Below are positions 28,909 to 39,309 of a stretch of DNA of 64,000 nt, in pieces. Position 1 is the first letter of the stretch. The number at the start of each line of letters is the position of its first letter. This DNA comes from a virus. Location: the IMG/VR virus record IMGVR_UViG_3300028399_000005, positions 1 through 64,000 of that record; one strand, written 5' to 3'. The translations under genes were made by a program, and so were the position numbers. Below the pieces are notes generated by a model. The model saw nothing but the letters and a program-made list of their open reading frames with translations, was not told where the DNA came from and ran no database searches.

Positions 28909-31900
28909 TTACTTCCCGCCTTCTGTTTTTTCTTCTGGCTCGCAATCACAAAGCGAGTATGCTATCGCAACCGCCTGTTCTCTGCTCATCCGCGGGTTCT
29001 CTTCAAGAATTATAGGGATCTTGCGAGAAACGCAGTCATCAACGCTCTCGTTGCGCCGACGCTCGCAACGCTTCTTCTTTTTGGCGCTTTCTTTGGCTTT
29101 CTCGGCCCAGGCGTCATAGTACTTGGCGAACTCTCGAAGGATCGCCTCGTCGCTCACGCTCTCGTGGATTCTGAGCACGGAGCGGAGCAACGAAGCAAGC
29201 GCGCTAAAAAGACGCTTGGATCGCTCGAGCTCGCCTTGCGAAGCATAGGAGCGAGCGGTCTCTGCGACCTCGACGACGATCGGCAAAGCGCTCTCCGCGG
29301 GGATCGGCGCCGTGGGCGTGCTTTGCGGATTCTCGAGCCCCTCGATCTTCGCGATCATCGTGCAACGACAATTCGGATGGATCGGCGGGCGGTTCTCCAA
29401 GTCCTTGATCGAGTACTCCGTCCCGTGCAAGGGCTCGCAGATCGGGCACACCCGCTCGTCTCGCCAGGCGAGGAAGATCCATTCCTTGATGCCCGCCCGT
29501 TCCATTGCTCGTTGTTTCGAGAGATTCGAAGCGAACAAGACCTCGGTGCGGGCGATGGTCTGTGCACGCTTCGTGGGGACGTCCGCCACGCGGGAAATTC
29601 TTCGGGCGATTTTGGGAATGCCTTCGCCAGCCTTGATGCCTTCTATGATCTCGTAGCGCAACTGTTGCTCGATGTCGAACGACACGGAGTCCGCAACGAG
29701 CAGTTTCCGCGTCTCGAGGATCTTTACGGCGTCCTCGTCGACAACGTCGAAAACGTCTGGGAGTTCTTGAATGACGGGTTTGCCGTTCTCGTCGATCACG
29801 AGGCTGACGCCGAGGACGAGCGCCTTGTCCAAGAACTCGTCAAGGACGTCTTGGAGCTCTTGCTCGACCCGTTGCACGAACTGTCGAATGTCTGGATCGT
29901 CCCGAATGCGGATGTATGCTTGTTCCTCATCCATGCTTGCGTAGCGCGTGGCGAGCTTCTTGTCAATGCCGAGCTCTTGGCGAAGTTGCGCTATTTTTCG
30001 ACGAATCGCCCTGGAAAATGCCAAGACGAGCGTTTTTATGCCCCTTAGTGCTCTGCGTAACAGTTCCGATCTGTTCTCGATCTTGGCGACGTTTCGGCGC
30101 TTTTTCTTGACCGTTTTCGGCTTGCTACGGTGCTTGTTCTTGGCTACCCGTTCCTTCGGTCGCCACTCGCTGATATAGAACGACGACGGCAATAATTCGT
30201 CGCTCGAAAGGGCTGGGGCGATCCCTTGCTTCTCGAGCAAGTCCGCGTAGTAGTTGAGCTTCTGATAGCTCCAACGCGGGAATCGTTGGCGGAGCACGCG
30301 CATGATCTGTTTTCGCTCCGAAGTGATTGTTTTCTCGACGAGGGCTTTTTTGAGCCATGCCTCGATCTTCTTTGCGAATTTGCGCTGGTCTTGAGCGTTC
30401 GGATCATCGGGCTTCGCTTCCTCGCCTTCGTCGTCCTCTTGCTCCTCAATGTTTTCTTCGTCGAGCTCGTCGCCTTGTTGCGAATCTTCATCATTGTTTT
30501 CATCGCTCGGTTCTTCTTGGCCAGGCGTTTCTACGACCTCGTAATCGGGGAGCCCGAAGAGCTCGGGGTCTCGCTGGATCGCTTCTTGGAGCCAAATGTT
30601 GAGGTCGAACGGGGCGTTGCCCCAAGGGACGGGGTCGAGCCCGAGCTCAGTTCTGACCTCGTTCACGGTGATCAAGCCCGAGCGAAGTTTTTGCGAGATC
30701 ACGGACTGCTTGCGGAGCTCTTCCTCGGCTTCCTCGTCAATGATCCATCGAAACTGCACGCGCTTCTCGTCGTCGAACTCGGGAATTATTTCCCTGTTGA
30801 TGAGTTCCTCGAGGTGCTTGAGCAACGGTTTGATCGTCGCTCGGCGCATGACGTGCTTTTGCTCGTAGCCCACGGCTTTGTTCACGGTGTCCGTGAGCCC
30901 GAGCTCGGACGGCGTGATGAGGAAAGCACTCATGACAATCCGTTGGAAGAACTCGAGCTCGTCGAGGAGCATGATCTCCTTGCGGGAAAACGTGAGCGGG
31001 ATAAATTTAAGGTCTCCCTCGCTGTCCGCACCGACTACGGGGAGCTTGTACGGTTGTCCTTCGACTTCCGACTTCCACATGTCTCGGAACGTCTCGAATT
31101 GTTCGAGCGAGCCGAAAATCGCAATGATTCCTTGCGGGATGTCGCCCTTGTCGTGGAACTTCTCAACGTTCTCGACGATCCGCACGAGCGACTCGACGAC
31201 TTGTTTCACGCTTTGGAGCGGAGACCAGCCGTAGAGCGAATACGTCGTGTCGTGGCGGGCTATCCAGACAATCTCCCTGTTCGAGAAAAACTCGATCTTG
31301 CCTCGGAAAGGATTCAGTTGCCAATAACCGATGACGACGCCGTTCGCGTCGACTTGCTTGACGAACGTTGCCCCGTCCACGGCGAACAATTCTTTCAACA
31401 GTCCAGCGGGGGCGTCGAGCGGGACGTATTGGATCGTGGTCTGCGCACTCTCGGTCTCGAGCGCCTTGTAAGCCCGAGGGTCGAAGTTCTTGACGATAAC
31501 ACCTTGGTCGAGTGTGAGCAAGTCATAGATCCCCTTGCGCAAGACTTCTTTCAAGCTCTCTTCGTTGGCGTTCACGGTCTCGAAGAACTGCGTGATCTCT
31601 TCGATCAGATCGGCGGTCTTCGCAGAATCGTCGAGCGGGTTCGTCGGCACGATCTCGTACGGAAAGCTCAAGACCTCGTTGATGATCAAGCTCGTGCACC
31701 GTTGCACCCAGACCGAGCCCGCAAGCGCCCGCAAGTTCGCATGGTCGACGAATTGCTTCGCCGAGACGCCGAGCTGGGACGCCATTCGCCCGATCGCTTG
31801 CTTTCGGCTGACGTTTGCGAACTGCTCGGACACAAGGGACTCCGACATTGGTTCCACGCCAAAGATCGTGCCGAGATTGAAAATGAACTTCGAAACGTCG

Positions 31901-31983
31901 CTAACGTCGTCCTTCCCGTTCGTCGGGACGGGCTTCGTCTGCGCTTTCTCGGCTTGGGCTTGGGCGGGTTCTTCTTCGCTCAT
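28909..31983 (-). CDS. portal protein fused to a Mu gpF / SPP1 gp7-like minor head domain
   Basis: N-terminal HK97 portal features (YGWSPL, PSELG, ITVNEVR); C-terminal RAQTIARTE, DERVCPIC, PPIHPNCRC. Confidence 0.92.
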   Translation of the reverse strand: MSEEEPAQAQAEKAQTKPVPTNGKDDVSDVSKFIFNLGTIFGVEPMSESLVSEQFANVSRKQAIGRMASQLGVSAKQFVDHANLRALAGSVWVQRCTSLIINEVLSFPYEIVPTNPLDDSAKTADLIEEITQFFETVNANEESLKEVLRKGIYDLLTLDQGVIVKNFDPRAYKALETESAQTTIQYVPLDAPAGLLKELFAVDGATFVKQVDANGVVIGYWQLNPFRGKIEFFSNREIVWIARHDTTYSLYGWSPLQSVKQVVESLVRIVENVEKFHDKGDIPQGIIAIFGSLEQFETFRDMWKSEVEGQPYKLPVVGADSEGDLKFIPLTFSRKEIMLLDELEFFQRIVMSAFLITPSELGLTDTVNKAVGYEQKHVMRRATIKPLLKHLEELINREIIPEFDDEKRVQFRWIIDEEAEEELRKQSVISQKLRSGLITVNEVRTELGLDPVPWGNAPFDLNIWLQEAIQRDPELFGLPDYEVVETPGQEEPSDENNDEDSQQGDELDEENIEEQEDDEGEEAKPDDPNAQDQRKFAKKIEAWLKKALVEKTITSERKQIMRVLRQRFPRWSYQKLNYYADLLEKQGIAPALSSDELLPSSFYISEWRPKERVAKNKHRSKPKTVKKKRRNVAKIENRSELLRRALRGIKTLVLAFSRAIRRKIAQLRQELGIDKKLATRYASMDEEQAYIRIRDDPDIRQFVQRVEQELQDVLDEFLDKALVLGVSLVIDENGKPVIQELPDVFDVVDEDAVKILETRKLLVADSVSFDIEQQLRYEIIEGIKAGEGIPKIARRISRVADVPTKRAQTIARTEVLFASNLSKQRAMERAGIKEWIFLAWRDERVCPICEPLHGTEYSIKDLENRPPIHPNCRCTMIAKIEGLENPQSTPTAPIPAESALPIVVEVAETARSYASQGELERSKRLFSALASLLRSVLRIHESVSDEAILREFAKYYDAWAEKAKESAKKKKRCERRRNESVDDCVSRKIPIILEENPRMSREQAVAIAYSLCDCEPEEKTEGGK

Positions 31984-32010
31984 TTCGAATCATCTCTCTC
32001 GGGCGGGTTA

Positions 32011-32541
32011 TTATTTTTTCGAGTCGCTCGGTAGCTTCTTGCTCGCCTTCTTCGCAATTGCGACGAGTTCTTGGTGCGGGGCGGGTGGCTCTTTCACGAC
32101 TTTCGGCGCTTTCGACGGAGCCTTGCGTTTCGGCTTTTCTTTCGCCTTCTTCGGCTTATCTTTCTTCTCTTCCTTCTTTTCTTCTGGCTCGGGTTCTTCC
32201 ACGTCCGTTTCGTCCGTCTTCGAGGGTTCCGCCGTCTTGACGCCGTCGCCGTATTTTCGGCGCAAATCGTAGCGTTCTTTTCGTGTCTGCCCGTCGGGGT
32301 GCTTGCAGGCGAGATTCGTGCACCACACGGAAATCTCGACCCATGATTTCTTCGCCTTAGGGTCGTGGAAAAACTCAACGCCCGTAATCATCTTGTTGCC
32401 CGTGCAACCCTTCGCGTCGCACGAGAACTTCCGATGTGAAACCATCGGGATCATGGTGCTGGCGTAGTAATGATCGTAACTCTGCCCTGGCACTCGGGAT
32501 CGTGTAAAACCATACGTTTTGTTTTCTTTCTTGTTGCTCAT
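32011..32541 (-). CDS. Zn-binding protein with Lys/Glu-rich tail
   Basis: CDAKGC...CTNLAC; in operon with the portal. Confidence 0.7.
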   Translation of the reverse strand: MSNKKENKTYGFTRSRVPGQSYDHYYASTMIPMVSHRKFSCDAKGCTGNKMITGVEFFHDPKAKKSWVEISVWCTNLACKHPDGQTRKERYDLRRKYGDGVKTAEPSKTDETDVEEPEPEEKKEEKKDKPKKAKEKPKRKAPSKAPKVVKEPPAPHQELVAIAKKASKKLPSDSKK

Positions 32542-33008
32542 TCTAATCGCTCCTTTTTGCTTTCACGGATTCTTGCGCTGGTCTCTTGCTGGTGCAACCA
32601 TGCCACGAACTCTGGGAGCAGTTCCTCGTGCCTCTCCGCGAGGAACGCCACGACGTTCTCCGCCGTGATGATCGCCTCGTTCTCTTGAACGTTCTCGGCG
32701 TCTTGGTCTTCTTGACCGTAGCGGATAAGGATCAGCGAGGTCTGGCGGATCTCTCGGATCAAGTCGAGCGCCATGCGGAGATTCTGCGGTTTCGAGTAAT
32801 CCGCGGTCATCTCGATCTTTGCGAGCATCTCGGTAAGGCTTCGCAAGATGACCCTATTGATGTCGAGGACATTGTTCGTGCGCTCGATCAGCGTTGCGAT
32901 GTTCGTCTGCACTGGGAGGTCGATGGCGGGCTCTGGCTGTTGCTTCCCTGGCGGGCTGGTGTCTTCGAAAAAATCGTCGAAATCGTCAGCGCTCATTATA
33001 TCGTTCAA
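32538..33008 (-). CDS. helical protein, possibly terminase small subunit
   Basis: First gene of the portal operon; function inferred from position only. Confidence 0.4.
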   Translation of the reverse strand: MNDIMSADDFDDFFEDTSPPGKQQPEPAIDLPVQTNIATLIERTNNVLDINRVILRSLTEMLAKIEMTADYSKPQNLRMALDLIREIRQTSLILIRYGQEDQDAENVQENEAIITAENVVAFLAERHEELLPEFVAWLHQQETSARIRESKKERLE

Positions 33009-33074
33009 CTATATAAAGAAAAAACTATATAATAGTAATGATAAAATGGCGGGAGAGGAAAAAAGATAGCCGTG

Positions 33075-34394
33075 CTACAAGTAGCCGAGCTGTTTTTCGG
33101 CGGAGAACAAGCCGAACACCCGTTTTCTGTGTTTCTGGCGCAGACCGAGCATCTTCCGAGCGAAGTCTTGGAGCGAGAACCCAGCGTTGGCTTCCTTCTC
33201 CGCGTCGCCGAGAAAATCGAACAAGATCTTGCTAAACGGCGACCCTTCCACGGCGAGAGCGAACGCTTTCCGTTGCTCATCGGCGGGGGCTTGGTTCTTC
33301 CGATTAACGCCTTCCTTGAACGCTTGCACCGCCTTCTCGTACATTACGCCGACAAGCGTCTCAACCTCGGCGTATCGTTGTTTCACGGCGTCGCCGAAGT
33401 TCGTGTGCACGATCTCGTAGAAATCTCTGCTCCCCTCGGCGAGGTCTCGCAGAATCGCCTCGAACATCTCGAACCCGCTCTGCTGGCGCACTCTCGAGAG
33501 CAAGAAGAACTCTTCCTTCTTGATTTTTAAACGGTTTCCGTTCGCGTCCCTCGCAACGAACCCCTCTTCGTCTTTCTCTAAGTCTCCGAGCAACTCGAGG
33601 GCGTAGTTGATGTTGTCGGCTGGTATGCGTCTCGGTCTCAGTGCGCCGATCATGCCAGCGACGCCGTCGAGTGTGTTTGCCTTCGTGATCTCCGCCCTGT
33701 AAGACTCGTTCTGGCCCGCAACGCGCATCGTGAGCAACGCCGTTTGGTGCTTGTCGTAGCGAGTAACGAGGCTGTGGCGACTCCAGTGCGGGAACATGAC
33801 CTCGAAAGCGTAGGTGAATCGCTTGCTCAAGAGATCGTCGAGCTGGTCAAGGCTGACGTCGAGCGCCGTCAAGAAACCGTCGACGAAATCGATGTCGGCG
33901 GGGATCTTGTTCCGCGTGGCGAAAACCCAATCACCACAGTAGTAGAAAACGTTGAGTAATGTACCATCGAACTTCGTCTCGAGCCACGCCCGCTCCCAAT
34001 CGAAGTCGACGTGGCGCCCTTCTTCCTCGTTGTAATTGAAGAACCGAGGGAAGGCGAGGGCTACATAGTTGCCCTTGGCGTCCACGACGAGCCCGCGCAT
34101 GACTTGGAACAGGGGTTCTCGGCGCACGAGCCTCGTCAGCCCAAGATTCGTGTTGAGTTTCATGGTCTGGCGGTAGTTGAGCAAGAACAAGTCCTTCTCG
34201 GGGTGTTGCCGAACGTTGATGCCAAAGATGAAAGCATCGAGATAGTCCTCGGCGTAGTATCTGCGCCCCTCGTGGTAGTACATGTTGCCGTCCCGCTCGT
34301 CGAACACCGAGACCTTGCGCTTGGGGAAGGCTTTCTTCTCGACGAGGCGGGCGAGCATCTCGTACTGCAACATTTCTTCGATCTTGTCTGTCAT
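33075..34394 (-). CDS. T4 Rnl1-like RNA ligase
   Basis: AFPRFFNYNEE, motif I KFDG, EGFV, KIK. Confidence 0.88.
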   Translation of the reverse strand: MTDKIEEMLQYEMLARLVEKKAFPKRKVSVFDERDGNMYYHEGRRYYAEDYLDAFIFGINVRQHPEKDLFLLNYRQTMKLNTNLGLTRLVRREPLFQVMRGLVVDAKGNYVALAFPRFFNYNEEEGRHVDFDWERAWLETKFDGTLLNVFYYCGDWVFATRNKIPADIDFVDGFLTALDVSLDQLDDLLSKRFTYAFEVMFPHWSRHSLVTRYDKHQTALLTMRVAGQNESYRAEITKANTLDGVAGMIGALRPRRIPADNINYALELLGDLEKDEEGFVARDANGNRLKIKKEEFFLLSRVRQQSGFEMFEAILRDLAEGSRDFYEIVHTNFGDAVKQRYAEVETLVGVMYEKAVQAFKEGVNRKNQAPADEQRKAFALAVEGSPFSKILFDFLGDAEKEANAGFSLQDFARKMLGLRQKHRKRVFGLFSAEKQLGYL

Positions 34395-34457
34395 TATTGA
34401 AAAATACGTATAAAAAATATATAAGAATTGTGTGATGTTGGAACAAGGCGGGAGAAG

Positions 34458-35289
34458 CTACCATTCGCCGAGCTCCTTTTCGATCCGCTCCCTCGCCATG
34501 TCGACGTATTCTTGCTTGACGTCGATCCCGATGAACAATGCGCCTCGTCTCACGGCACAGGCGCCGACGGTACCGCTACCCATGAACGGGTCGAGCACTG
34601 TGGCTTCTACCGCAAACTCGCTCCCGCAACCACATGACGGCTCGTAGCGGGCGAGGACTCGTTGTTTCTTGAGACTTTCAAGAATGTTCCTCTTCGTTAC
34701 CGAAGGGTCTTGCGCCAAGTGCTTCTCGTACTCCTTCAAAGCAACACCGCCGTATTTTTCGACGTCTCCGTCGTCTCCCACGATCCGCTTGTATTCGTAA
34801 ACGGGGACGAAGGGCGCCTGGCAGTGCGAGCACACGAACGGCGGTAGCGAGGTCGCCATGATTTTCTCGACGAGTTTCTCGGGGAAAACAGCCACGTGCG
34901 CTCCCTTGTAAGAAGCCGTGGGGATGACCCAAGTGCTCCGTCCGAGGCGCTTAGGCTTCGCAACCAAGGCTTTGCCCTTGTAGTAATACTTCGAACTCAG
35001 CTCTTCGTAGAACGTCGCATAGTAATACTTGGGTTGTTTCACGAACATGGTTACAATTGTTCGAATCAGTTTTCGTTCCGTCGTAGAACACTGGCTCTGT
35101 TCCGTAGGAGCGCAGTCCATAGTACGGTGGCGATGTTACGACGAGGTGCACGTTCTTACCGTCTTTTTTTAGTTTTCTTAATTCTTCCAAGGCGTGCCCA
35201 CGAATGAGTTTCGTTTTTGGGTTTTTCTCAATGCGTAGCCTCGATCTTCGTGAAATCGCTTCTTCCTCTGATAAAAATGGTCTCCCCAT
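34458..35289 (-). pseudogene. DNA methyltransferase with internal deletion and frameshift
   Basis: TSPPY in one frame, HVAVFP...DPFMGSGT in another; the usual middle segment is absent at ~35045. Confidence 0.75.
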
Positions 35290-35358
35290 GGATAAGAAAA
35301 GAAACAACTAAAAATAAAAAACAAGCGAGGCGTTATAACGCCTGCTAAAAAGAGCACA

Positions 35359-36228
35359 CTACTTCTTCGCGTTTTTGACGATTCGCATGAGGTTGTCCTC
35401 GGTCTTGTGCGGATCGTAGGCGACGCGCACGAGCAAAACCCTATTGTTCCGCCATGTTTTTGGAACGACGACGTGCGCCCCGCTCGAGAATTTCTTGACC
35501 TCGGCTTCCTTGATCTCGATGTCGGGGAGCATCTTGTGCCCCCGTTCCTTGAAGTACTTGCGGATCTTCTCATCAACGCCGTCCCGAATGATTGAGGAAA
35601 GCCAGATCCGCACCGCTCGCTCCGTCTCATAGATCGCGTAGAACGCAATGTCGAGGTCGAACACGTCCGTGTAGGCGATCGCTCTCACGATAGGGAGTGA
35701 GTATCGCTTGCTAAGGATGAGCAACGTCATGTCTCGGTAGTTCTTGTCGCCAGAGAATTCCACATAGTCCGCTATCATGCGCTCCAATACTGTGTTCGCA
35801 ATGTTCGGGAAAACGTCGAACCCTATCTCCTTGATGATCTTTTCCACTTTTTCGTAGGCGTGGCGCCTGAAGTCCTCGTAGTACCTCGGCGAGTCCTCGA
35901 GCTTGTTGAGGATCGCAGAGACGAGATCGACCCCCCACGTTTGCAAGAAATTGCCCTCTCCTTCGACGACCATGACTATGTTGCCGTCTTTGTCATAGAC
36001 TTCGAGTTCTCGGCGCCAAGCGTCGAACTTGATAGTTTTTGCATAGACTGGGAGAGTGTATTGCTCGATGAAGTCGTCTTGATCGGCTTCGTCCTCGATA
36101 GTTTCGAGGACGTCCTCAAGCGCCTCGAGGTATATTTTATTGGGGATGTGGAATTTCCTTCCAGACAATTTAGAGTCTCCGAGTCGCATCATGCCTCGCT
36201 TTAGCCATCCCTTCGGATTCTCCATCAT
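35359..36228 (-). CDS. hypothetical protein with C-terminal DUF2080/AbrB-like motif
   Basis: EVKKFSSGAHVVVPKTW...VLLV; GAGGTGA RBS before 36228. Confidence 0.65.
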   Translation of the reverse strand: MMENPKGWLKRGMMRLGDSKLSGRKFHIPNKIYLEALEDVLETIEDEADQDDFIEQYTLPVYAKTIKFDAWRRELEVYDKDGNIVMVVEGEGNFLQTWGVDLVSAILNKLEDSPRYYEDFRRHAYEKVEKIIKEIGFDVFPNIANTVLERMIADYVEFSGDKNYRDMTLLILSKRYSLPIVRAIAYTDVFDLDIAFYAIYETERAVRIWLSSIIRDGVDEKIRKYFKERGHKMLPDIEIKEAEVKKFSSGAHVVVPKTWRNNRVLLVRVAYDPHKTEDNLMRIVKNAKK

Positions 36229-36590
36229 GCATTCACCTCTTTCTTGGGTTGATACCAGAAGCGGAAATAATGCATTAAATATTCGGCAAAAGGCTCTTCC
36301 AAGAACTTTGCAAGCATTTGGTCGAATGACTCTTTTCGCCATTCGATGTTGGCGATTCGTTGTCTGTGAATGTACACCCGTGCGGGGTGCGCTTGCCCGC
36401 AGTGAGCGCACTCAAGCAACGCTGGGACGTAAATGTAGCTTCGACGGAGTTTCGGCGGTGTCGGCACGTAGTCATGGAAGCGGTATACTTGCCTCGTTTT
36501 GCCGAGAAACGTCGTCTTGAGCTCTACAAGCTCGCCTGTCGCCCCGCAAGGGGGCGTAGCTCTGAGTTGAAAAACGTCATAACTCATCAT
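36225..36590 (-). CDS. Zn-binding hypothetical protein
   Basis: PCG...CAHC; coupled to the downstream gene. Confidence 0.65.
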   Translation of the reverse strand: MMSYDVFQLRATPPCGATGELVELKTTFLGKTRQVYRFHDYVPTPPKLRRSYIYVPALLECAHCGQAHPARVYIHRQRIANIEWRKESFDQMLAKFLEEPFAEYLMHYFRFWYQPKKEVNA

Positions 36591-36731
36591 ATATATGTAT
36601 ATATATGCGATATATAACTATTTTTGTTTATTAAAACAATGGATGAGCTGGGGGTCTCTTCGCGGTTAAGTGGGGTATGTCTTTATCACAACCTTTATAT
36701 AATACTGTTTCCTATATTATATTGAGGAAAC

Positions 36732-37031
36732 ATGTATAAGCGAGCAAAGATCGATTACGGAAAGATTGACGAATTCAACATGAGCCCCGTCGAAGAAATA
36801 ATCATCGACGAGCTCAAGGACTTCGGCTTCGAGACGGCGTACTACGAAGACGCCGTTTTCACGAAGAACGAACGCGGACAGCTCGTCATCCGCGTTCCGA
36901 AATTTAACGAGCTCTATGACTCCAAGAACTTAATCGCCCTCAAACTAATTCAGAAGTTCTTAGAGGACGCACGCATCTACAGCAGGCTCGTCTCAATCCA
37001 AGACGAATTCCAACTCGTCTTCGAACAGTAA
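36732..37031 (+). CDS. hypothetical protein (class I promoter)
   Basis: Class I promoter at ~36685-36725. Confidence 0.75.
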   Translation: MYKRAKIDYGKIDEFNMSPVEEIIIDELKDFGFETAYYEDAVFTKNERGQLVIRVPKFNELYDSKNLIALKLIQKFLEDARIYSRLVSIQDEFQLVFEQ

Positions 37032-37064
37032 TAGCCATACTTCTCCTTCTTCTTTTCTCCGTTT

Positions 37065-38090
37065 TTAGCCCGTTTTTCGCATTCTTTTCAACGCATGCTT
37101 CTTCTCGAGCCACTCGCGGGTCTTACGAACGTGGTACGCCGTAATTTCTTGCTTGAAGTCAAGCCAGCGAAGGTACGAGAAAAGCTCGACGATCTCGTGC
37201 TCCGTCAGCCCCGCTTCGAGAAGGAAAGCCGTTGCGCTCACCCTCGCCTGGTGGTCGGGGTTCAACGCGGAGATCCGTTTCACGAGCGTTTTCGGCATTA
37301 CTCGCCCAAAGAAACGAAGAACAGCTTCTCGAGACGTTTTCTCCTCGAAATCGAGCATTGCTACTTGTTTCTGCTCTAAAGCGACGTTCGAAATCTCGAC
37401 AGAGCGGGTTTCCTCGATTTCGAAAGCGTACCCCTCGTACTCGTTCACGAGCTTTCCCAGCGAGACTTTGCTCCCCGCCCCACACGGCGCGACGAAATCG
37501 TCGATGTCCTCGACGTTCGTCGTGAGAAAATCAATGAAAGAAACAGATTCTTCGATTTGTGTATTCGTCGCCACGTAACAAAAACTGTTCGTGTCGTAGC
37601 GGTACGTCCCTGGGATGCGCGTCAAGCGTCGTAAGTCCCCGTGCACGTGCGGGTCGGCGCTTTCGAGCTCGAGCTTCGCCACGATCCCGTTCTGCGCTTG
37701 CAACACGCTCGAGACCACGCTCGACATGTTCTGGGGGTTCACGAGCACGGGTTCGAGAGAGACATAGACGTGGAATCCTTTCTTCCCCGAGAAAACGACA
37801 AAGTGTTCGACTCCTTGCTCGTGCAACTCCGCGTCGAGCATTTTCATGTCCCGATACGCGCTCGCACCGTCGAGGTCGAAAAAAAGTTTGTCCACGACGA
37901 TCTCGGGGTAGGAATACACAGAAACGAACTTCGGGCTCTTGTGCGGGCTTTTCGCCACGAGCTCAAGGATCTGCTTCTGCGAAGAAACGGGGTATGGTAA
38001 CCTTGCAGGGAAGCCGACTTCCCGCCGTTGTGTTTTCGAAGTTGGAAAAAGCGCCTTGAGGGCGTTCTTGAGGTGTTCCCGCAAGATCAT
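37065..38090 (-). CDS. priS: archaeo-eukaryotic primase with fused PriL/PriX-like C-terminal domain
   Basis: FFDLD, FSGKKGFHVY, RLTRIPGT; C-terminal HQARV...DFKQEITAYHV. Confidence 0.88.
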   Translation of the reverse strand: MILREHLKNALKALFPTSKTQRREVGFPARLPYPVSSQKQILELVAKSPHKSPKFVSVYSYPEIVVDKLFFDLDGASAYRDMKMLDAELHEQGVEHFVVFSGKKGFHVYVSLEPVLVNPQNMSSVVSSVLQAQNGIVAKLELESADPHVHGDLRRLTRIPGTYRYDTNSFCYVATNTQIEESVSFIDFLTTNVEDIDDFVAPCGAGSKVSLGKLVNEYEGYAFEIEETRSVEISNVALEQKQVAMLDFEEKTSREAVLRFFGRVMPKTLVKRISALNPDHQARVSATAFLLEAGLTEHEIVELFSYLRWLDFKQEITAYHVRKTREWLEKKHALKRMRKTG

Positions 38091-38749
38091 CTCATCACCT
38101 CGACGCGTTGCTTCTTCGAGAGCGCAATGAATTCGGCGAGCCTCTCGCTGAGAAAATGCTCCCAATTGCGGGCAAGACTGTGATATATGATCTTGAAGTC
38201 CCGTCCATGAGCGTCCTTCTTCGGGGTGATATATACGTGTAGCGCGTGAGCAACTTCATGAAGGATCGTGTCGACGATCTCGTACGCTTTTGTTGTAGCG
38301 ATCCTACCACTTTTGAACGAGTTTACGTAGATTTTGATCATTGATTCGGCGGGATCGTTGAAATGTTGACCGTAGTATGGTTTTTTCTCCAAAGAAAACT
38401 CTATCGGGAGCGCCAGGCTGGCCGATCTTACGGCACAAAATCGCGGGTCGTGGAAGAAATGCTCGAACATCGTCATCGCGAAGATTCGGGGGAGCGGGAT
38501 TAGGGCGATTTTTACGAGCGACGGTAGCCGTTCGATCGCCCCGCGAAACTCGATCGCTACTCTTAGCCACTTGAAGGGGAAGAACTCAACGTTGATTGAT
38601 CGCCCGTCGTCGCTTATCTCGATTTTCTCATGATACGGTTCGAACGTTTTTTTCAAGAAGTCCGTCGGTTTTAGCCCGAGTCTTCGTTTCCATTCTTCAT
38701 GTTCGTATGGCGTGAAACACTTCATTGGGCTACGTTTCGTGGCGATCAA
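38087..38749 (-). CDS. SprT-like zinc metalloprotease
   Basis: TILHEVAH...HGRDF. Confidence 0.75.
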   Translation of the reverse strand: MIATKRSPMKCFTPYEHEEWKRRLGLKPTDFLKKTFEPYHEKIEISDDGRSINVEFFPFKWLRVAIEFRGAIERLPSLVKIALIPLPRIFAMTMFEHFFHDPRFCAVRSASLALPIEFSLEKKPYYGQHFNDPAESMIKIYVNSFKSGRIATTKAYEIVDTILHEVAHALHVYITPKKDAHGRDFKIIYHSLARNWEHFLSERLAEFIALSKKQRVEVMR

Positions 38750-38791
38750 TAAAAAAATAATCGCTCGTTAGAACGGAAGGGCGGAAATAGC

Positions 38792-39247
38792 TTAGATTGC
38801 GTCGTAAACGACGAATTCCACGAAATTGCTTCCTTCGAGCCTGTGAACCAGTATTGCTGGGTTCTCGATCTTCGCCCTCGCAAAAGCGTCGCTATACATG
38901 AATCGGAACACTTCGAGCAACGCAAAATCAACGACCCGCTTGTATCGTTGGTACAACGTTATGAACATGTCTTTGACGACGTTGATGTCTGGGATGTCGT
39001 GAATGCGCGGTAGCGCAAGAACCTCGAACGAGCTTGGGCGCACCCGAACCTCGCTCTGGAACATGAAGAACATCAAGAGCCAGTCTATGACGAATTTTTT
39101 GTGGTTGAAGACATGCTCTGCTTCTTGCAAGTAGTACAACTGACTGACGGTTCGTATCCCTTCGATCTCGTCCGCAAACTTCTCGTCTATTAGTTTCCTT
39201 ACTTCTTTCTCAATTTCGTCGAGCGATTGAAGTTTCCTTTTTGTCAT
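38792..39247 (-). CDS. hypothetical protein
   Basis: 151-aa ORF; class II box at 39288. Confidence 0.7.
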   Translation of the reverse strand: MTKRKLQSLDEIEKEVRKLIDEKFADEIEGIRTVSQLYYLQEAEHVFNHKKFVIDWLLMFFMFQSEVRVRPSSFEVLALPRIHDIPDINVVKDMFITLYQRYKRVVDFALLEVFRFMYSDAFARAKIENPAILVHRLEGSNFVEFVVYDAI

Positions 39248-39309
39248 ACTTGAAAAAAGCGAGGATATAATAAAAAAGATTGCCCGCCGTTCTAACGGCG
39301 AGGGCGTTG

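Noticed and set aside
30226-32034. 602-aa plus-strand ORF
   Set aside because: Antisense shadow of the portal gene with no motifs; codon bias keeps the opposite frame open
36541-36556. CCCCGCAAGGGGG hairpin resembling leader P2
   Set aside because: Inside a CDS on the antisense strand, with no P1 or AAGGA; probably chance
36588-36618. TA-dinucleotide run
   Set aside because: Short low-complexity promoter region with no further structure
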